Source: Rhynchobatus australiae (Eukaryota). From it: a stretch of 64,000 nucleotides of DNA. Shown here in pieces: positions 38,669-51,987 of this stretch (the first letter of the stretch is position 1; every line of letters begins with the position of its first letter). The notes under the pieces were generated by a model. That model searched no databases. It was not told the DNA's origin and saw only the letters and a program-made list of their open reading frames with translations. The stretch spans positions 31,778,034 through 31,842,033 of the forward strand of contig JAUZTB010000033.1 of NCBI GenBank assembly GCA_034780895.1. The letters are read 5' to 3'. A program made the position numbers and the translations under genes.

Positions 38669-41600
38669 NNNNNNNNNNNNNNNNNNNNNNNNNNNNNNNN
38701 NNNNNNNNNNNNNNNNNNNNNNNNNNNNNNNNNNNNNNNNNNNNNNNNNNNNNNNNNNNNNNNNNNNNNNNNNNNNNNNNNNNNNNNNNNNNNNNNNNNN
38801 NNNNNNNNNNNNNNNNNNNNNNNNNNNNNNNNNNNNNNNNNNNNNNNCCCTCCTGAAGCTCACTGGGGCTTTGGTTTCCTGCTCCTTTTAAACTCACTGG
38901 TGCCCTGTTTCCCATGCTTCATTTAAACCTACCAGGCTTTCTGGGAAATTTATTATACTCCAATGTAACATCTAAAAAAGGTGAATTAAAAGTGCCCTGG
39001 AGTATTAATAGAATGACTGTCAATAGTTGGACAAAAATGCCATCTGACATCACCGAAGTCCTGAGCATGCTGGACTAATGGAGTTTTACTCTACACCCAA
39101 CTGCAATGTTTGAACAAGAAACAAAATGTAATCAGCTGGTAAGGCAGAGCTCTGTGCTGAATAGCATCCTATCAGGTGGTTTATGAGTATTAGCATAAAG
39201 AAACCTGCAGGACACTTTTCCCGGTTACACATTTGCCCTACAGCTACCAGCCTCTAACTGTCTGTGTATTGTAATTACAGCCAATCTGCATAATCTGAAG
39301 CATTCATATCCAATTTGCTTATCAGTTTCCAGACTGGTCTCCTGTTAGGTTTTGGCAGCATTATGGATTCTTAACTTGTTCATCTTTCCTGGACTTTTGG
39401 AATCTTCAAATTGCCTGTTACGCTGGAGCTCCTACTAACTGTCACATGCNNNNNNTCAAGCTTGGTAGAGCTCATATATCTGACACTTAGTCACTTCCAA
39501 TCATATGATATCAAAAATAAATACTGGTATGTCCTGTTTCTCACAAACAAATGTTATGGAGATACAGGAGTCCAAAAAGAGGCTACAGTTGACTCTCTGA
39601 AATATACTGTAATCAATTTTATACTTGGATTAGAATAATTTTCACTTTAACTCTTAGCTTTTAAATGCAACAGGACACTGTGTTGTATTTTCAAATACAT
39701 TATTTGCATTGGAAACAGTGCAGCTAAATTTCCTGGTCCCCTTTCTGCACCGAAGCAGCAAGTCAAAAGTGTGCTGATGGAGGTCACCAGTTAGAGATGA
39801 GCAGATATGTGAGTGGATTCATATGTTCCAGAACTGAAGGGGAATGTGGGTTGGATAAAGGACGGAAGTCAAATTAGTACAGCATCTTTGCCTGATTCAC
39901 AAAACCTTGGTGGAGTTTTCGCTCATAGGCCAGGAGCAATCCACATTCCTGGCTCTCACTGGATACCCTGTCCTAGATTACCTTTTTGGGAAAATAAGGC
40001 AGGAGGCCTAAACCATCCCTTCACTCCTCATATGCATGCCATCAACAAGCCTATGGCTGGAAGTTATATTGTCCTACCTGCTTCCCCTAAAAACAACTAA
40101 ATTGCAATACATATCACTGACATAATGCAAAACAAATCCTTTGATACAGAAAATGGCAAAATTAATTTTGCTCTATCAATTATTTTTGAGAGCTAATTTT
40201 TAGATTTTTATGTTTAAGCCATGGTGAATATTAAAGATACGTGAGAATGGAATATAGTGTCTCATTTGGCATCGAGCATCGCAGCAGGTATAGCACAGTT
40301 TAAATGAAGCATCAAGCTTTTTTGTCTCTAAGCTTAGAGTAGCATCATCATATACATCAACACAAAAATTCTTGCCACATCTAACACACTTTCATAAGTT
40401 TGGCTTTATGGTTATCCTGGATAGATAATGAATGAAAGTTTGGCATCTTCACTACTAGTAATAGAGCCACGTTAGGACTGTTGAATACTGAAAATGGTCT
40501 CAGCAGAGATTTGAAAAACATTGCATCGACCTACACTAAAAGTCATGTCAGAATTAGTTCAGGAAAAGATAAGAAAAACAATAAGGAATAGACTTCTCAA
40601 AAAATGTTTGGATGACTACATTTAACTCCCTATTTCAATTTATGAGGTTACTGTCGTTGCAATTCTGCAAATCATGTTCTATCCACAAATGTAAAAAGTC
40701 TTCTATTTGACCATAAAATTTGGAGACAATATGCAATGCTCCTTTGGACAGGGAGGCATCTTATCAGGGTAATCACCTCTGTCCTTTGAGATTTGAAATA
40801 GAACCACAGACAATGAAGGCTTTGGACACATGGAACAAATGTTCCAACAGTGTCAGTGCCAGTAAACATCATGCATTTGTTTTAGTTACAGTTGTTACCT
40901 TTAAGTAATCCTGAAGGAATCCAGATTAGTGCGAGGTTCTCATTCTGATTCAAATCCTCCTAATATGAAAGCATGGCAAGAACACAAGTGCATTGCCATT
41001 GTTGTTAAAGCGAATACCTGTGATAATCTGTGATTAGAGTTGAGGGGACACAGTTACAATTAAGTCACTTCAGTGACTTTCACCGGGTGCAAAAAAAGTT
41101 ACTGTTAATAAAGTAACAATAAAACAGAAACTCATAGAAATTTGCTGATCTCGATTAAAAAGATAAACCAAGGAAGTAATTCATTTCTGTTTCTTTATTT
41201 TACTTTATATTTGTAGTTAATTTCTAGCTGTTTTAAATATTTCTTGAATAATACTAATTATTTTAAAATATACTTCAATCTATTTTTTAAATGTCTGTTT
41301 GTCAGAGACATACAAGGATGGGGCCTCAGGGTTCAAAGGTGGCCTACTCCACTTACAGAACAACCCTTTCAAAAAGGTACTGGGCTTACTTGGAACCACA
41401 GACCGATGATGATACGTGTGCCTACAAATAAAGAACAAGTGACAAGTGCAGGTGGTGGACCAAAATCTTGGCTATTGTTAACTAAAAAGTTAGAAGGCAT
41501 AAATATGTTCCCTGACTAGTTCATTGGCCCTAATGCACCAATTGGATCCTCTTCCATGTACAGTGTGCTACAGCTGCTATTGGCTTGGGGTTTGTGTCAC

Positions 41601-41695
41601 AGCAGAATGACTGCTAGAAGTAATGCAGAAACTAGATATCTTATATCTATATAAGATACACCTTGAGAACTGTCTATCTTGTGATCTTGATATCT

Positions 41696-42112
41696 GTAGT
41701 ATAGCAGTTAGCGTGACGCTATTACAGCACCAGCAACCCGGGTTCAATTCCTGCTGCTGTCTGTAAGCAGTTTATATGTTCTCCCGTCTTNNNNNNNNNN
41801 NNNNNNNNNNNNNNNNNNNNNNNNNNNNNNNNNNNNNNNNNNNNNNNNNNNNNNNNNNNNNNNNNNNNNNNNNNNNNNNNNNNNNNNNNNTGTAAGCAGT
41901 TTATATGTTCTCCCGTATTTGCATGGGTTTCCTCCGGGTGCTCCGGTTTCCTCCCACATTCCAAAGATGTACGGGTTAGGAAGTTACGGGCATGCTATGT
42001 TGGCGCCAGAAGTGTGGCGACACTTGTGGGCTGCCCCCAGAATACTTTACGCAAAAGATGTATTTCACTGTGTATTTTGATGTACATGTGACAAATCAGG
42101 ATATCTTATCTT
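41696..42112 (+). mobile_element. V-SINE with Rex1-like tail, split by a 100-N gap
   Basis: Close match to 20771-21063; B-box GGGTTCAATTCC. Confidence 0.88.
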
Positions 42113-43389
42113 GAGAGTCTATATCTTGAAAGCTGGCCTTCAGTACTCCTCAAGATAAAATGTTTATCCACTTTGAAGATCAATAACATCTTGTTTATAT
42201 TACATTTTGCAACTAAGTTAGGAGTGCCACTGGCAGAAGAATTGTAATTTAAATGCAACAAAAGGGAGAATTATTTGTGTGCATATACTCATTGAGGACG
42301 AGCATTTCACTCGAGAATCTTCAAGACTTTAGTTTTTGAGGTTATCCTAGAGGGTTTGAACTGAAAAAATGTGTGGTCTATGTACACATATGAAACACTG
42401 GCCTAAAAATTCAGACATGCAGCAGTGTTTTTCACTTATAAGCTCCAAAAAAGTTTTTCTCCTGTTTGGCATGCACTTACAACCAATTCCTATTCCAAAT
42501 ACAGCACTCCAGATACTCAGCCAGACAGTTCCAGTTGTCAGTGTTTCTTGCACATCTGTCAGAATTTTCAAGTCAGACATGCATCAGCTGACAACATTCC
42601 TCATCCAACATTCCTTTTAATGCAATGACAGTTAAATTAGAGCATGCTGATTCAAAGAGCTCCTGGAACAACCAGATTTTATTAATTATTATTCAGGCCT
42701 GAGATCCCGCTTAGGTCAGTTACATTACTTATCGTCTCTGCTGCCCCAACATTACTATCACAATATCAACTGTCCACCAATTACATGCCCTTCATGTCCA
42801 AACAACACCAGCACTGGTTCTTCGATTGGGCCCCTCAATGTCCAGTCAGCCACTGTCTGCAAACAGTCCTTGGTGACTGATCTCCCATACTTAGCTCTGC
42901 TGCCTTCCTAGAACCTAGCCCTACTTGACATTTCCAGACCCCACAGTGCCCAAAAGAGCATACAACATAGTTCAGTAGCACCCAAGGTCTCATGCGCTAA
43001 TGAAGTTGGCAGCAATGGCTTTCTGACTGAAATGATAATTGGCACATCATACATATAATTTTATGAAGTGCAAGATAATTTCTGGGTCATTTTACTTCTA
43101 ATCCTAAACACTTTCAGTGGTGATTTAGTGCAGAAGAAATAAAGGCAACAGCATTCCCCTTTGTAAATCACAGAGGCTATCTTCCTTTGCTTGAACAAAT
43201 GAAATGCCATTGGGGGTACTGATGTCACAAAAACTATTAGTTTCCAGAAGTCTTCTTAGGGGATTAACACCAAAATAACTCCATTAACCAAATTGAAAAC
43301 CTGTCTTTCAAGTTAGAGTATAGTAACTCTATCATTAATATGTCAACTCTATCTTGTGGTGCTAGTCTTTGAAAAAGCTTGATGGGAAT

Positions 43390-43690
43390 GCAAGGATAGT
43401 TGCTGCAGAGCTCCAGTAGCCTGGGTTCAATCTTGACCTCTGGTGCTGACTGCGTAGAGTTTCCACGTTCTCCCTGTGACCAAAGGTGCTCTGGGTTTCT
43501 CCCACATCTCAAACACATGCTGTTGAGTACTGTAAAGTATGCTGAGTGCAGGTAGGTGGGAGTAAAATCAGGGTGAATTTGATGGGCATTTGAGAGAGAA
43601 AAGATTACATGGAAATAAGTGAGGCAATGAGACTTATGGGATTGCCCTGAAAGCCAGCATAGACCCAATAATTTCCTTCTATGTTGAGAG
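43390..43690 (+). mobile_element. Older V-SINE copy
   Basis: CCTGGGTTCAATC head, GGGTTTCTCCCACATCTCAAA V-domain. Confidence 0.7.
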
Positions 43691-44454
43691 AAGATATGAA
43701 AATAAAAAATCCAATATATATGGTGATTCTGTTCCCAGGCTACTAGGCTCACACAAGGCTTTGGAAGATTGAGATTTACATGCCAATTACCTGGACCTGC
43801 AGGCTTGGCCCACAGTAACAAGGGGGCATGAAAAGACACATTTATCTGTCATGATTTGTATCTTTTGTCCCAAACTATTTCTTCTTCAAATATTTTNNNN
43901 NNNNNNNNNNNNNNNNNNNNNNNNNNNNNNNNNNNNNNNNNNNNNNNNNNNNNNNNNNNNNNNNNNNNNNNNNNNNNNNNNNNNNNNNNNNNNNNNNNNN
44001 NNNNNNNNNNNNNNNNNNNNNNNNNNNNNNNNNNNNNNNNNNNNNNNNNNNNNNNNNNNNNNNNNNNNNNNNNNNNNNNNNNNNNNNNNNNNNNNNNNNN
44101 NNNNNNNNNNNNNNNNNNNNNNNNNNNNNAATTTAAATGCAAGAATGTGAGCATGTCACAGGGCTGTTACTACGATAGGACCCAGACCTCATTAGGTTAC
44201 AATTCAAAAGAATTTTATGATTGATGAGAACCATGAGGGAAAAGCACTCCACGCATGCATGCACCACACACACATGTTGCCCATTGGTTCTACGCATAGA
44301 CACTTTGACCAATCGTCTGTAAAGAAACTACTGCTCAGCACATGTACGGTGCAGCAAAACATTTGTGCAAGTTGTTTTGGCAGGAGCCAAATTAATATTC
44401 CTCCTGACCTCTGAAAAATTTTCTTACTCATATCCTCCACACCAAATACCTTTA

Positions 44455-45045
44455 AAAATAAAATGAGACCTTGCTGGAGCCACTCAACAGGTCGAGCAGC
44501 ATTTTTAGACAAGAGACACAGAGTTAATGTTTCAGGTTGTTGTACTTTTAGCAGTTCTGGGACATGAGAAAACAAGCATGTTTTAAGTTGTTAAGGATGG
44601 GAAAGGGTGTGAGAATAAAGGGAATGTATGTGATAGGGTGGAGAGTAGGACCTATAGTGTCACAAATGCTGTTGGTGCCATCTAAGAGAGTTCTTTTGCT
44701 TTTCTCAGTTATGTTCCATTCATCTCCCTCTATTTATACCTCCTCCAGAAAGGTTAGCAGTGATTAACCAGCATTTGCCACCCTCTCTTAGCATCAACAG
44801 CATTTTGTGTCACCTAAACTCTTTTGGTCTCCACCCTGTCACAGACATTCCCTCGGTTCGCTTCACCCCTTCTCCTTTCTTGCAACTTAAAACATGTCCT
44901 TTTTTCCCTCATTTTTCCAGTGATGATGAAAGCTCACTGACATAAAATGTAACTCTGTATTTCTCTCTCTACAAGTATTGACTGATCTGTTGAGTACTTA
45001 CAGTAACTTTTGCTTTGTATTTCAAATTTCCAGCATCTGCTTTTT
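44455..45045. mobile_element. Penelope-like terminal-repeat relic arranged as an inverted repeat
   Basis: Arms are reverse complements: 44577-44590 vs 44883-44896 exact; 44620-44644 vs 44828-44852 match at 23/25. Confidence 0.75.
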
Positions 45046-46986
45046 GATCTTTGTAGATAAAGTTGACTTCTTTTAAGAAAAAGTATCACTTTTTTATTTT
45101 ATAGGAATACTTTGCACAAAAATACTCTTAACTATTTTATCACCTTTAAGCACATGATGAGCTCTCACCATTTCATGGACAGATTTCTCTTTTGCATGTA
45201 TGATGATGCATGGTTACTTACATAGACAATGTTATATTAATGTCTCTAGCACAGATAAAGAAACCAACATAATGTGCACAATCATAAAACAAAACTAAGT
45301 AAAACCAAGAAGTCTGACAAAAGGTACAAAAGATAATTCACCAAGTATGTAAGATAATAAAGAATACTAATGAAAAATAGGGAAAGATTTTGTTGTAAAG
45401 CAAATTTATCTTCCCTTATTTCAGCAATTCAACCTTTGTTAATTACTCTACATAATGATTTCTCCCAGTCCTGGAGATATTTCTGCCTCTGCACTTTGAA
45501 CATTAAGTTATTGCTTGCTATGCACAAATCCTGCTGAGCTTTAGAATTCTCTCAATATGTTTGTACTCATCACAAAAAAGTAGCATTTTTGGTTGGTATT
45601 TGCTACTTATTAACCAAAAATCAAATTTTCCATGAATAAGCTAAAGAGGCTATGATATGAATGTGTTACAAATTTGTCATCAGGATGCTCAAAGCACTAA
45701 TTTGAATGAATTACTTTTTGAAATGCAGCAACTGGTATAAAAGGCAATATGCTAGCTGATTTGCCTACAGTACAAGAACCAAATGGAAAGTTAATTTGGA
45801 GACACAAGAGACTGCAGATGATGGAAGCCTCTTAGGGCCAGTTAATCCACCCTTCTTGTGGTACCAAGAACATATGAGAATTGAACTGCAACATTGTTGG
45901 AAAAAGGGGAAGGAAATGCCAGAGGAATCCATGGATCTTTGTGGGAGGCTAACTCTGAGGGGAGTATAAATGCTTCACCACTGACCATGAAATCCAAGCC
46001 AACATGTGCTCAAGTCCTGCCGTATGCTAAATTCACATTCTTCCTACTCAAAGGTGAAAGTTCCNNNNNNNNNNNNNNNNNNNNNNNNNNNNNNNNNNNN
46101 NNNNNNNNNNNNNNNNNNNNNNNNNNNNNNNNNNNNNNNNNNNNNNNNNNNNNNNNNNNNNNNNNNNNNNNNNNNNNNNNNNNNNNNNNNNNNNNNNNNN
46201 NNNNNNNNNNNNNNNNNNNNNNNNNNNNNNNNNNNNNNNNNNNNNNNNNNNNNNNNNNNNNNNNNNNNNNNNNNNNNNNNNNNNNNNNNNNNNNNNNNNN
46301 NNNNNNNNNNNNNNNNNNNNNNNNNNNNNNNNNNNNNNNNNNNNNNNNNNNNNNNNNNNNNNNNNNNNNNNNNNCCACAATGACACCACAGCTAATGGAA
46401 TACTATTCCAAAAGCTAAGCAATTTTAATGAGGAAATTTGAGGTGCACTTGTAGCAGAGAACTTGTACCGCTAGTCCGCAAGTTAACTCAGAAATTGTTT
46501 ACTGTAAAAATGTTATAAAAGATCCAAGTTGAGTACTTTAAGAAGCTTGGTGCACCTGGTTTCCTCTGCTACATCAAGTATTGACCTTATCTTTATTAAT
46601 TGAGAAGCCAGAGAACTGAAGAACTCTAACACAATCTGCTACTATTTTTGAGTCCCCATCTCAGGCCCACCAACACTTTTTGATAGAGACCCAGCCTCTG
46701 GAAAGGTCATACAGGTATTACAGCATGGGCATGTTTAGACTGCATCAAATTCCAGCTCTTCAGTGGACCCCTGCCTGTGTTATATTGGAAGGACACTGGA
46801 AGGGGTCCGAGACAAAATGATTGAGTAGGAATGTGGATGTGCTCAAGTGATGCAGATTAAACTCAATTTCCAGGAGATTTATTATCTGTTTATTACTCTA
46901 ACAGGTATTGCTATTAGAGTAATAAACAGATAAAAAAACCTGGCCTTTGGCTTTAGAGGTTAAGTATTAACGTCCCATAAAATTAC

Positions 46987-47142
46987 CTGCACAGGCATGG
47001 CCCACAGATTGGGGGAGAGAAAGAAAAACCACATCAGCTGGTTTGTGTCAATGGCGACCAGATTGCAAATCTGTCCTACCGTCATCTCTCCCATGGACAT
47101 GTTTGAGGTTGACAAACGAAGAATCTTATTGTAGATCTTTGT
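46987..47142 (-). CDS. ABCC8: ABCC8 exon 8 (156 nt): [52 protein letters not shown]
   Basis: Acceptor TTTCAG|ACA, donor CAG|GTAATT; SUR1-type sequence. Confidence 0.97.
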
Positions 47143-47977
47143 CTGAAACAAAAATAAAGAAATGTAACTGTTATGAGAAACTATCATGAAAATCTTTCAT
47201 GTAAAATATTCATTTATTTTTACCAAGAGTTTAAATAAGAATAACACTGAGACCATTGTAATAGTAATTGTAAGGAATCTGAAACAATAATGAACCATAG
47301 CAAAGCACCCACCTTAGCAAGTCAAACACTCCCCATTCAACTACCGATCCTACCTTGCACTGATCCTCTGACAAAGACCCTGACCCCATACATTAATTGT
47401 TTCTGATCCCTGACCTTACCATCCTCCTCTCCTGGATGCCTCTTTTTCCTGCAAAATCCCAGCCCTAACCCATACATCCCAAATTATCTTTGTGTACTTC
47501 TCACTGGTGAGAAAGAAAGGTCACAGGAAAATCAGGAATGGGATTGTGCAAGTTGGTGGTTTGCATTTCTAGCATAAAACAGCAGCAGTTTTATTGAGTT
47601 TCTATTGCCTCATCAATTTGAGTGTTTTTGTTGCATGCAGCACATCCTATGTTTGGGTTACCAATTGTTTCACACTTAATAGAAGGCAGAGCAAGAAAAA
47701 AAATCATCACTTTGACCAATGCTATTTTTAACTGTGTTCTATAAATCACCACACTATCCACTTACCATCATGTATATTTAGAAAAAATATTTTTTCTATT
47801 AAAGAAAATGCACTACAGTTCATGTTTTAATACATTACAGCTACTACTATAAGAACATCTGTTTGGAATTGCTCCTGTTTGGGAAAGAAGTTCCTCTGCT
47901 AATCAGAAGACAACTGATTGGAAACTGTACATGCCAAATCTCCTGAATGAAATACACAACAATCAAAACTCAAGTAC

Positions 47978-48142
47978 CTGAATTGCTCCTCGTAGGTTGA
48001 TTCCTGTTTCTATGGCAACATAGTAGGATGCCTGAAGAAATGTCCTTTGCAAAAGAAGAGCAAGAAACAAGAGAACTGCAATAACATAAGCGTTGGCCAA
48101 GAACTCCTGTGAGGAAATGAAGTAAACACCCAGCATTTTGAC
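47978..48142 (-). CDS. ABCC8: ABCC8 exon 7 (165 nt): [55 protein letters not shown]
   Basis: Manual translation (this frame is absent from the ORF track); acceptor CTACAG|GTC, donor CAG|GTACTT. Confidence 0.96.
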
Positions 48143-48687
48143 CTGTAGAGATCAAAAGTTGTCTGTAAGTTTTCAGCAGCAGTGCATGTTTATAAGCTAT
48201 CATTTCTTGACAACATTTAGAAAACATCATTGAATGGCTTAATTTGGCACAAACGTCATTGGGACCAAAATATGATCTGGATATAAAGTTATTTAAATTG
48301 GTTTATTTATACAATCATTGTTTTACTTCAGGATTAGATGTTCTTCACTTTCACCTTTACTTCTTAACATGCCCTCTTATCTTCAGAGTTTGTGAACATG
48401 CACTCCCAGTTCAATCTGTTCCTCCATATTTCTGATTATGCTATCATTCACTGTTTATTTCCCTGCCTTGTTTGCCCTCCTCAGATACATAATTATACGT
48501 GTTTGGAATTAATTGCATTTCCCTTCTTTTTTTCCCACCTAATTAGTCTACTGATATTTTCCTGCAGAACACAGCTTTCTTCTTCACTATTGCCTCATCA
48601 CTAATTTTTACATCATCCATGAACTTCATAACCTTGTACACCACATTTAAATCTTAAACAAGACAAATTATTATGAAAATCAAGGGA

Positions 48688-48845
48688 GATGCTGGAAATT
48701 TGACATAAAAACAAGAAATGCTGGTAAAACAGGTCATGCAACACCTCTGTTCTGATGAAAAGTCTTCAACCTAAAACTTTAACTGTTTCTCTTTCCACAG
48801 ACGTTGCCTGGCCTGCTGAGTTTCTCTGGCACTTTTTGCTTTTAT
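48688..48845. mobile_element. Short Penelope-like inverted relic with a degenerate hammerhead core
   Basis: GATGCTGGAAAT...AAATGCTGG, then CTGATGA...AAAC...CCACAGACGTTGCCTGGCCTGCTGAG. Confidence 0.65.
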
Positions 48846-50000
48846 TTTTATTATTATGTTTGAAAAAATAATTATCAAGTTTGAAAAAAGTACTGTATCC
48901 ATATTAGGATCGTATGAATCTGCTGAGTTGATGAGTAAGGCTTTCAATGAAAAACAGAAATTTAGTACACAGGCATGGTATATCACGCAGCTGTTGTTGA
49001 ANNNNNNNNNNNNNNNNNNNNNNNNNNNNNNNNNNNNNNNNNNNNNNNNNNNNNNNNNNNNNNNNNNNNNNNNNNNNNNNNNNNNNNNNNNNNNNNNNNN
49101 NGGTATATCACGCAGCTGTTGTTGACTTATTGCTCAGTAATATATGTTAACAGAAAGTCTGTATTGTTAGAACTAAACTAGTAGAGAGTTAAATGCAGGA
49201 ACACATTAAGCTAATTAACATGATTTTATTTTAATAGGATGTAGTTTAGTTTCAAATACCGAACTAATTTAATTAAAGATTTAAGGCAATATTTAAAGAA
49301 ATGAATGGTGAAAAAAGATTCAGACTTGGAATAATTGATATGAATAATTGCTAGCCCTCTTCAATAAGAATAGGGTAGTTACGAGATTTGACATTTCAAA
49401 ACCTGTAAGCTATCTTAATGAAAGCTGAACTTAACTGTTGTTTAAGTTATATGATGCAAAATTTAATGTAATCTATTAAATGTAATCCATTCTGTATTGA
49501 CTGTGTGCAACTGGTTTTGAAATCTTCATACATTTGGCAGTTAATGGCATTTCCAGCATGGAAATGGCTGTCTGGTTGAGAATCTTGTTTGCTTTTCATG
49601 CAACTTTGGCTTTGCAATGTTACAGCAATCTTTAGCATGGCAAGGTTAATCAGATGCTGTGGCTAGCATGAAACCAAGAAAATAAATCCAGTTTATGAAG
49701 AATGCCAGTTCGATGAACACAAAGATATTTTGTGGTTACTTATAATAGTTCTCATTAAAACTGGAAGAACAGGATACCTAACAGAGAAGTGTTTGACACT
49801 CTATCTGTTCTATTTCAGAAGCATGAGTGATAGATCTTGTGCACTATCAGATGTCCACCCAAGGAATAAATTCACAGTGATTTTCTGCATATTATTAATA
49901 GATGATCAAACTTATTACACTGGGCTATACGAAATAGATTTCTGATTGACCTGAATAGATGTGAGAATTGTGCTTTGGAGTAGAAATAAAATTGCTGTAC

Positions 50001-50189
50001 CTGTGGACGAAATGTTTTGTTTTCATCGCTCAGGTGATGTACAATCCCAGAGATGCAGAGTGGGCCTGCAAACCCCAGCAAGTCAGCCATGATGCGAAAT
50101 GTGCTGCTGAGAATGATGGGGTGACCAAAAGCCTGCCGCAGCACCCGCCAAATCAGCTTCGAGTCCTGTGGCCCAACAGTAGCCTTCTT
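50001..50189 (-). CDS. ABCC8: ABCC8 exon 6 (189 nt): KKATVGPQDSKLIWRVLRQAFGHPIILSSTFRIMADLLGFAGPLCISGIVHHLSDENKTFRPQ
   Basis: Acceptor TTACAG|AAG, donor CAG|GTACAG; LSSTFR..ADLLGFAGPLCI TM6 motif. Confidence 0.96.
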
Positions 50190-50334
50190 CTGTAACATAA
50201 AGTAAAACACATTTTGCTGAACTGTTTCAGTAAATGCAGTTGTGCAACCTATAACCCGACTTTCAGGCATACCACTTTCTTGCATTGCAATGAGAAGCAA
50301 GGTCTTTGCTAGCCAATCTCAATCCCTATATAAT

Positions 50335-50722
50335 AAATTGGTAATTAGTAATTGGTTTATTATTGTCATATGTACCAAGGTTTTATTTTGCCTGCCATCC
50401 AGATAGATTATTTCATCACATTAGTACATTGAGATAGTACAAGGAAAAAACAATAATAGAATACAGAATAAAATGTTACAGTTACAGAGAAAGTACAATG
50501 CAGGCAGACAATAAGGTGCAATGACATAACGAGGTAGATTGTGAAGTCAAGAGTCCATCTTATCTAGGGGCCTGTCCAATAGTCTTAAAACAGCGGGACA
50601 GAAGCTGTCATTGAGCCTGATGGGACATGACTTCAGGCATTTGTATAATCTGCCTGAATACAGGGGGAAGAAGAGAGAATGTCTGAGGTGGGTGGGGTCT
50701 TTGATTATGTTGGCTGCTTTAT
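50335..50722 (-). mobile_element. Rex1/Babar LINE 3' end (ORF C-terminus plus UTR)
   Basis: KAANIIKDPTH.RHSLF.PL.SGR.Y...RL.DSF.PAV.RLL followed by the tail GTACATATGACAATAATAAACC. Confidence 0.8.
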
Positions 50723-50959
50723 CGAAAAGTTCAACATTTTCACTTTTCAAAAATAGATGCACAGAAGTGGTACTTTGATACAAAGGAAATTTTTGGTGAA
50801 TTGAATTGCAATAAATCGACGAAGCTGATAATACATAATTTTTCTACATTGACAAAATTATGACAGGTGAGAAATAGGATTTCAATAAGAGTGATCAAAC
50901 AGTGGCTACACTAACAGCAGAATTAAGGAACAGTAAAATATATGGCCAAAACATTGAAA

Positions 50960-51610
50960 AAAATTGCAGATGCTGGAAATCTAAAATAAAAATACCGGAT
51001 GCTAAAGTACTCAGCAAGTCAGGCAGCATTTACAGAAATCGAAACAGTTAATCTTTTTATGTTGTTTATCTTTTTTCTTATTCATTGTATGTAAGATAGT
51101 GATAGGCTGCAGACAGAGCTGATAGGTGGGAAATGTATCTCTCGTAACAAAGACAATAGATTTCTAGCTGAAAGTAAATTTGTAAAATCCTTTGTAAATT
51201 TGTTAAGAATGAGAGTAGCAAAGGGGAATTTTGGTTCAGGAAAGAACAAATATTAGGGAGATTCCACAAACAACAAGACAATATATTTTGAAAAGCAAGG
51301 CTCTGTAGATGCCGGAAATCTGAAATACAAGCACAAAATGTTGGAAATCCTCAGTAGGTTGAGAGAAAGGACAAAGATGCAGAGCTAACATGTAGGTTGA
51401 TAAATCTTCATCAGAAATGGAAACAAAAGTTAGAAATTAAACAGGTTTTAAGATGCTGCCAAGGGGTCAATATGTAGTGAAGAAAAGGAGTGTCTGTGAT
51501 AGACCGCAGACTAAGAGAGACTGAATTATACAAGTGGTGGCAGTGCCAGAAGAGAGAAGGTGGTGAAGGCTTGTTAATGGCAACTGATATGTCTGGAGGA
51601 GGCAAGATTT
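50960..51610 (-). mobile_element. Two tandem Penelope-like terminal fragments
   Basis: Repeated TGCAGATGCTGGAAATCT.AAATA..AA..C...ATG.T..A..T.CTCAG..GTC motif at about 50965 and about 51305. Confidence 0.65.
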
Positions 51611-51985
51611 GTGTTTGGGTTCCCTGATGTAGCAAAGATTAAATTGTGATTTTTAAATCATTACTTACAAGTGGTAATTTTTAAAATGATTATTTTAGNN
51701 NNNNNNNNACTGTAACAAGTTTCTTAAAAATATGAATGAATATTATGCAAAAATTAATTTCAAAAATGACATTCAAAAATGGAATCCAGTTGCATATTAT
51801 ATTTTCACATACATTTCTATTCTCATATTTTATATTTCTCCAATTAGCTTATGACACTAAAGGAGGCCATTCAGCCTTGGGTCTATGCCGGCTCTTGGAG
51901 CAATCCCATCAATTCCATTTGTCTGTAATCTACCATCTCTTACATGCTCATCAAAATTAGGGGATTGTCTAGGGATATTGTGAGA

Positions 51986-51987
<2 letters not shown>

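Noticed and set aside
43264-43839. 191-aa minus-strand ORF and other short intronic ORFs as nested genes
   Set aside because: It overlaps a SINE and has no recognisable domain or supporting splice pattern. I found no nested gene on either strand.
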